From positions 9,317-73,316 of the forward strand of contig CAZJCM010000003.1 of NCBI GenBank assembly GCA_964544655.1: 64,000 nt of DNA. Direction: 5' to 3'. Positions 58,657 through 64,000 of the stretch are shown in pieces. Origin of the DNA: an uncultured Sedimenticola sp. GTDB taxonomy: Bacteria > Pseudomonadota > Gammaproteobacteria > Chromatiales > Chromatiaceae. The notes below the pieces were generated by a model, which searched no databases, was not told where the DNA came from, and saw only the letters and a list, made by a program, of their open reading frames with translations. Every line of letters starts with the position of its first letter. The stretch's first letter is position 1. The position numbers and the translations under genes were made by a program.

Positions 58657-59598
58657 ATGAAGAAAGTCACCATCGTTGGCGCCGGCCGGGTCGGAGAGAC
58701 CGCGGCACAGATACTTGCAGAAGAGGAGCTGTGCCGCGAAGTGGCCCTACTCGACGTGCGGGAAGACGTACCGGAAGGGGTGGCGCTGGATATCTTCCAG
58801 ACATCACCATTCTTCGATTTCGACACCCAAGTGAGTGGCAGCAGCGACCCTGCCATCATGACCGGCTCGGATGTCATCGTGGTCACCGCAGGCTTCCCGC
58901 GAAAGCCCGGAATGTCACGCTCCGACGTACTGGAGGCCAACCTGGGAATCATCGACAGCGTCTGTGACAACGCCATCGAATACGCCCCGGATGCGATCAT
59001 GATACTGGTGACCAACCCGGTAGACATCCTCACCTACCGCGCCCAGCAAAGAACCGGCTGGGGGCGGGAGCGGGTATTCGGCCAGGCCGGCGTGCTCGAC
59101 TCGTCCCGCATGGCCGGCTTCATCGCCATGGAGACCGGCTTCTCGGCCCGTGACATCACCACTCTGGTGCTTGGCGGGCATGGTGACACCATGGTGCCCC
59201 TCCCCCGCTTCTGTACCATCAACGGCATACCGGTGGAGCACTTCATCGAGCCTGAGACCATGCAGCAGATCATCGACCGCACCCGCACCGGCGGCGCAGA
59301 GATCCTGGCGCTGCGAAAGAACAGCAGCGCCTATGACGCCCCCGGCGCTGCGGTGGCCGCCATGATCGATTCCATCAGCCACAACCGACGCCGCATCATG
59401 CCTTGTGTAGCCATGCTGGAAGGAGAATACGGCGAGCATGACATCGCCATGGGCGTGCCCTGCGTGCTCGGTGACAGCGGCGTCGAACAGATCGTGCAGC
59501 TCGATCTGAATGAGGATGAACTGGCCCTCTTCCGGAGTTCCGTCGCCTACATCCGCGAGGATCTTGGGAAGATGCGGGAGATCACGGACAAGGAGTGA
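58657..59598 (+). CDS. mdh: Malate dehydrogenase (LDH-like family), copy 2
   Basis: 'KVTIVGAGRVGE', 'VTAGFPRKPGMSRSDV', 'TNPVD', 'LGGHGDTM'. Start at 'MKKVTIV' with GGAG 10 nt upstream; the track ORF is over-extended. Confidence 0.9.
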   Translation: MKKVTIVGAGRVGETAAQILAEEELCREVALLDVREDVPEGVALDIFQTSPFFDFDTQVSGSSDPAIMTGSDVIVVTAGFPRKPGMSRSDVLEANLGIIDSVCDNAIEYAPDAIMILVTNPVDILTYRAQQRTGWGRERVFGQAGVLDSSRMAGFIAMETGFSARDITTLVLGGHGDTMVPLPRFCTINGIPVEHFIEPETMQQIIDRTRTGGAEILALRKNSSAYDAPGAAVAAMIDSISHNRRRIMPCVAMLEGEYGEHDIAMGVPCVLGDSGVEQIVQLDLNEDELALFRSSVAYIREDLGKMREITDKE

Positions 59599-59848
59599 TT
59601 CAAGTGATCGTAGCGAGCATTGCGGGAGAGGGGGAACCCTCTTCCGGGCAATCTGGCGGCGCTCACCGGGGCAACAGAATAATTAATACAGACGTTCGTC
59701 CTATTTTATGGAGAAACTTGTTCCGACACTGTCTGTCTGTTATACGAAAGATACCAAGCAATCACCCGGCAGGAAAAAACCACCGTTATGCCTCAGGACC
59801 CTCCCTGCATTCCACGTTGGATTTCTCTGCCCCAGGAGATAAGGATCC

Positions 59849-61144
59849 ATGACTGAACAAACGATGACACTCACCGACAATACCAGTGGACAAGCTATAG
59901 AGCTGCCACTGCACAAAGGCACTGTCGGCCCTCAGGTCCTGGATATATCCAGTCTTTACAGTAAGATGGGGATCTTCACCTATGACCCGGGTTTCGTCTC
60001 CACCGGCAGTTGCAGAAGCGCCATCACCTATATCGACGGCGATGCCGGAAAACTCTGGTATCGCGGCTATCCCATCGAGCAGCTGTCCGAACAGAGCAGT
60101 TTCATCGAAGTAGCCTATCTGCTGCTCTATGGAGAGTTGCCGAAGCCCGATCAATTGAGCGAATTCGAGCGCATCATCCGCTATCACACCATGATCAACG
60201 AGACCCTGAAGAACTTCTTCGACGGGTTTCACTATGACGCCCATCCGATGGCGGTAATGGTCGGCGTGGTGGGCTCACTCTCCGCCTTCTATCACGACTC
60301 CCTCGACATCCACGACCCCCGTCACCGGGAGATATCCGCCCACCGCCTGATCGCCAAGATGCCCACCATCGCCGCGGCCAGTTACAAGCACAACGTAGGG
60401 GAACCCTTCATCTACCCGCGCAATGACCTGGACTATTGCGCCAACTTCCTCAACATGATGTTCTCCACCCCCTGCGAGGAATACACACCGGACCCGCTGG
60501 CGGTAAAGGCGGTCAACCTGCTGTTCATCCTCCATGCCGATCATGAACAGAATGCCAGCACCTCCACCGTACGTCTGGCAGGCAGTTCCCAGGCCAACCC
60601 GTTCGCCTGTATCGCCTCAGGCATTGCCTCGCTCTGGGGCCCTGCCCACGGTGGCGCCAATGAGGCGGTGCTGGACATGCTGCAGGAGATCGGTGACGTC
60701 TCGAACATCGACAAGTACCTGGCCAAGGCCAAGGACAAGAACGATCCCTTCCGACTGATGGGCTTCGGTCACCGGGTGTACAAGAACTTCGACCCCCGCG
60801 CCACCATCATTCGGAAGATGTGCCACGAAGTGCTGGAAAAAGTGGCCGATAACAACAACCCGATGTTCGAGCTGGCCCTGCGACTTGAAGAGGTGGCGCT
60901 GAAGGATGAGTACTTCATCGAGCGCAAGCTCTATCCCAATGTAGACTTCTATTCAGGCATTATCTATCGCGCCCTGGGCATCCCCAACAGCATGTTCACG
61001 GTGATGTTCGCCATCGCCCGCACTGTGGGCTGGGTCGCTCACTGGATGGAGATGATGGATGATCCGGAACAACGCATCGGCCGCCCACGGCAGGTCTATA
61101 TCGGTAACGACCTACGTAATTACGTCCCCATCGATCAGCGCTGA
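59849..61144 (+). CDS. gltA: Citrate synthase (type II, GltA-like)
   Basis: Collinear with E. coli GltA as recalled: '[18 protein letters not shown]', '[16 protein letters not shown]', '[10 protein letters not shown]', '[14 protein letters not shown]', '[10 protein letters not shown]'. Confidence 0.96.
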   Translation: MTEQTMTLTDNTSGQAIELPLHKGTVGPQVLDISSLYSKMGIFTYDPGFVSTGSCRSAITYIDGDAGKLWYRGYPIEQLSEQSSFIEVAYLLLYGELPKPDQLSEFERIIRYHTMINETLKNFFDGFHYDAHPMAVMVGVVGSLSAFYHDSLDIHDPRHREISAHRLIAKMPTIAAASYKHNVGEPFIYPRNDLDYCANFLNMMFSTPCEEYTPDPLAVKAVNLLFILHADHEQNASTSTVRLAGSSQANPFACIASGIASLWGPAHGGANEAVLDMLQEIGDVSNIDKYLAKAKDKNDPFRLMGFGHRVYKNFDPRATIIRKMCHEVLEKVADNNNPMFELALRLEEVALKDEYFIERKLYPNVDFYSGIIYRALGIPNSMFTVMFAIARTVGWVAHWMEMMDDPEQRIGRPRQVYIGNDLRNYVPIDQR

Positions 61145-61743
61145 ATCGCGGCCATATCACGCACCCGGGAGAGGGACAGCCCCAACCCCGGTCGCCCCGT
61201 CAGCGGGTCGATCGGGGGGTCGGCGCGCTCGGTCAGCGGCAGCACCGTCAACTCGACCCCATGCGCTCCGGCCATGAAAGCGAACAGAGGCCGGTTGCGG
61301 ACCACGCCACCCGCATAACAGAGACGCACCGTCCGTTGCTGATAAGGGATCCGCTGTTCCTCCAGATAGAAGACCACCTCTTCCGGCGCATCGGCAAACA
61401 GATATAACTGCAAAGGCGTGCTGGCAGTCGCCGTTCCGCTGGCTACCGCACCGATGAGACGAGGATCGAAACGAGCCAGGTGCTGCATCGCCTCCAGCGC
61501 CAACTGGCGCAAGGCCACCAGCACCTGCTGCTGACTCTCGGCCGAGAACAGCCGTTGATAGGCCAACAGCGCCGCCTCGATCTCCCGGTTGTCCGGCAGT
61601 TGCCGGTGGTCCCGGCAACCCAACCGGGCAGCCGCCTTGCGCCTCGCACCCTGATAGTCGGCGCATTCATCCCGCGCCAGCAGCCGGGCCGCTTCATCGG
61701 CCACCAGCTGGCGTATCTGGCTTTTCTTTGCTGATCGAGTCAT
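61135..61743 (-). CDS. Hypothetical protein
   Basis: No family recognised with confidence; possibly a degenerate nucleotidyltransferase-like '[21 protein letters not shown]'. Start at 'MTRSAKK'. Convergent 10-nt overlap with gltA. Confidence 0.5.
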   Translation of the reverse strand: MTRSAKKSQIRQLVADEAARLLARDECADYQGARRKAAARLGCRDHRQLPDNREIEAALLAYQRLFSAESQQQVLVALRQLALEAMQHLARFDPRLIGAVASGTATASTPLQLYLFADAPEEVVFYLEEQRIPYQQRTVRLCYAGGVVRNRPLFAFMAGAHGVELTVLPLTERADPPIDPLTGRPGLGLSLSRVRDMAAIQR

Positions 61744-61857
61744 GGCAATAGATCCGGTTTTGTAACTGTTCAGCACCATTTCAGATTGGCTGCCAGGTCA
61801 CTCGGAGTCTACATCTGCTACAGTATGGCGTCAGTCAATACCCCGATGATAGCACCC

Positions 61858-62454
61858 ATGAACAGACTTCCATTGGCAACCATCCTGCTGGCCCTGCTGG
61901 TTGGCTGCACCAATCAACCTGTTCATCAGGCAAAGGATGGAACCTCCCCCTACCGGGTCGGATCCCTGCTTCAGCTGACCAGGGATCTGACCATTCCCCC
62001 CGGCCATGCCCGGGTCTTCTTCCAGCATGGCGAGATCATTTCCAAGGAGCGGCTCGACGGCTACAATCCCAGCTGTGATCTGGAAGTGAAAACCCTGAGC
62101 GACGCGCCTCGGCTGGTGCACCAGGACAGCTTCTACATCACCGGCATCGAGTCAGGGCTCGAGCCCGTGGTGCAGCAACGGCCTGTGCAGACTGCAGCCT
62201 TTGGCTGGAGGTCGCGGCGTTTGTGGAACAGCGGCCCATCGATCCACCGCTATATCCGCATGAACGTCCATTCTGATGCACAGCCCCAGGTGATACGCTT
62301 GACCTGCCGCGGTGGCTGGGACAGCTACAATGCCGCCCGCTTCCCCAGTCCGATGGAGATGCGCGTTACTCTGGGCCAGATCCTGATACCGACAGCGACG
62401 GCAGACCAGCCGCCCCGCACCAGCGTCCCTAAAACGACACATACCAACGACTGA
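61858..62454 (+). CDS. Hypothetical lipoprotein
   Basis: 'MNRLPLATILLALLVGC' lipobox signal peptide. No family recognised. Confidence 0.6.
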   Translation: MNRLPLATILLALLVGCTNQPVHQAKDGTSPYRVGSLLQLTRDLTIPPGHARVFFQHGEIISKERLDGYNPSCDLEVKTLSDAPRLVHQDSFYITGIESGLEPVVQQRPVQTAAFGWRSRRLWNSGPSIHRYIRMNVHSDAQPQVIRLTCRGGWDSYNAARFPSPMEMRVTLGQILIPTATADQPPRTSVPKTTHTND

Positions 62455-62458
62455 CGAT

Positions 62459-64000
62459 ATGCTGATTACCGAGATACTGGCACGCAATGCCCGCATGTAT
62501 GGCAATGAGACCGCCCTCGTCGAGCGGGACCCGGCCACCAGCCGGCGGCGGGAGATCGACTGGCTCAGCTTCGACCAGGAGGCAAGCCGCTTCAGCAACG
62601 CCCTGATTCGGCACGGGGTGAAGAAGGGGGACCGGGTGGCCCATCTGCTGATGAACTGCCTGGAATGGCTGCCGACCTACTTTGGCATCCTGCGTAGCGG
62701 CGCTTGGGCGGTACCCCTGAACTTTCGCTTCGAGGCACAGGTACTCCAGGGATGCAGCGAACTGGCCGAGCCACGGGTGTTCCTGTTTGGCGAGGAGTTC
62801 ATACCGCGGATCAAGGCCATCCAGCCCGCATTGGGCGATACAGTGGCGCACTACGTCTTTCTGGGCAGCGAACAACAGTGTCCGCCGTTTGCCGTGACCT
62901 ACCAGGAATTCACCGCCGGCTGTGACACGGCGGACCCGATGATACCGCTGGAGATCAGCGACGACGCGGCGCTCTACTTCACCTCCGGCACCACCGGACA
63001 GCCGAAGGCCGTCCGCCTCACCCACCGCAACCTCGAACACGCCTGCTACGTGGAAAATCAGCACCACCGGCAGACCCATAAGGACAACTTCCTGTGCATC
63101 CCCCCCCTTTATCACACCGGCGCGAAGATGCACTGGTTCGGCAGCTTCATCGTCGGCGGGCGTGCCGTGATTTTGAAAGGAATCAAGCCCCAATGGATCC
63201 TGGAGGCGATCTCCGAGGAGCAGGCCACCATCGTCTGGCTGCTGGTACCCTGGGCCCACGATATCCTGATCGCCTGGGAGAACGGTGAGCTGGACTTCAG
63301 CCAATACCGGCTGCAACAGTGGCGGCTGATGCACATCGGCGCCCAGCCGGTCCCTCCGAGCCTGATCCACGCCTGGAAGCGGCTGTTCCCCCACCACGAC
63401 TACGACACCAACTACGGCCTCACCGAATGCACCGGTCCGGGCTGTGTCCACCTGGGCCTGAAAAACACCCACAAAATCGGTGCCATCGGCATCCCCGGCT
63501 TCGACTGGGAGTGCCGTATCGTCGATTTCGATGGAAACGACCTGCCCGATGGCGAACGGGGCGAACTGCTGGTAAAGGGACCAGGCGTGATGAAAGAGTA
63601 CTACCGCAATCCCGATGCCACTGCAGAGGCCTTGCAAAATGGCTGGCTGCACACTGGTGACATCGCCCGTCGGGACCGGGATGGATTCATCTGGCTGGTG
63701 GACCGCAAAAAGGACCTGATCATCACCGGCGGCGAGAACGTATCACCGGTGGAAGTGGAGCACTTCTTCATGCAGCACCCGTCCATTCAGGACATCGGCG
63801 TCATCGGCACCCCGGATCAACGCCTGGGCGAACTGGTGACCGCCGTCATCCAGCTGAAGATGGACCACAGTCTCACCGAGGCAGAGGTCAACGTCTTCGC
63901 CGAGGGGCTGCCCCGCTATAAACGGCCCCGGATCATTCATTTCGGTGAGGTGCCACGCAATGCCACCGGCAAGATCGAAAAGCCGAAACTGCGGGAGCGC
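62459..64000 (+). CDS. AMP-dependent acyl-CoA synthetase/ligase, 3' end cut by the window edge
   Basis: Not in the ORF track because there is no stop within the window. My translation from the ATG at 62459 is open for 514 codons: 'MLITEILARNARMYGNETALV', AMP motif 'LYFTSGTTGQPKAV', C-terminal 'ATGKIEKPKLRER'. The listed antisense ORF 62429-63652 is spurious. Confidence 0.88.
   Translation, partial: MLITEILARNARMYGNETALVERDPATSRRREIDWLSFDQEASRFSNALIRHGVKKGDRVAHLLMNCLEWLPTYFGILRSGAWAVPLNFRFEAQVLQGCSELAEPRVFLFGEEFIPRIKAIQPALGDTVAHYVFLGSEQQCPPFAVTYQEFTAGCDTADPMIPLEISDDAALYFTSGTTGQPKAVRLTHRNLEHACYVENQHHRQTHKDNFLCIPPLYHTGAKMHWFGSFIVGGRAVILKGIKPQWILEAISEEQATIVWLLVPWAHDILIAWENGELDFSQYRLQQWRLMHIGAQPVPPSLIHAWKRLFPHHDYDTNYGLTECTGPGCVHLGLKNTHKIGAIGIPGFDWECRIVDFDGNDLPDGERGELLVKGPGVMKEYYRNPDATAEALQNGWLHTGDIARRDRDGFIWLVDRKKDLIITGGENVSPVEVEHFFMQHPSIQDIGVIGTPDQRLGELVTAVIQLKMDHSLTEAEVNVFAEGLPRYKRPRIIHFGEVPRNATGKIEKPKLRER

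Noticed and set aside
62429-63652. 407-aa minus-strand ORF
   Set aside because: It is antisense to an acyl-CoA ligase gene that is missing from the track only because it has no stop inside the window. The plus frame contains 'LYFTSGTTGQPKAV' and 'GKIEKPKLRER'.

Overview
This is a visibly GC-rich bacterial chromosome segment with the gene content of a gammaproteobacterial chemolithoautotroph. The content is reminiscent of Endoriftia/Sedimenticola-like sulfur oxidisers, but that is inference only and needs BLAST.

The left third (1-22 kb) is housekeeping and envelope functions:
- three c-di-GMP turnover genes
- speA/speE
- a sigma54-type glnK-amtB unit
- ubiK and comM
- a complete, translationally coupled arn (L-Ara4N lipid A modification) operon with a split arnA
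- a GlcF-like Fe-S protein and coq7

From about 22 to 61 kb the window is a reductive/oxidative TCA supercluster:
- two-subunit 2-oxoglutarate:ferredoxin oxidoreductase (korAB)
- an anchor-less FrdA/FrdB-like pair with a NuoF-like subunit
- a small aconitase
- pntAB transhydrogenase
- monomeric isocitrate dehydrogenase
- a type-II-like ATP-citrate lyase pair
- two divergently transcribed malate dehydrogenases
- gltA

The most unusual element is a tightly packed four-gene operon directly behind korAB (22276-31562). It encodes an RnfC-like protein, a 1522-aa PFOR-like protein, an RnfB-like protein, and an 833-aa protein that fuses a PFOR domain-VI paralogue to a ferredoxin. In the 1522-aa protein the TPP and proximal-cluster motifs appear eroded. 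I cannot assign this operon to any characterised complex.

I recognised no rRNA, tRNA, CRISPR array, transposase or integrase. Several very long ORFs in the track are antisense artefacts of the high GC content. All homology statements rest on motifs read by eye from the supplied translations; no database search was run.
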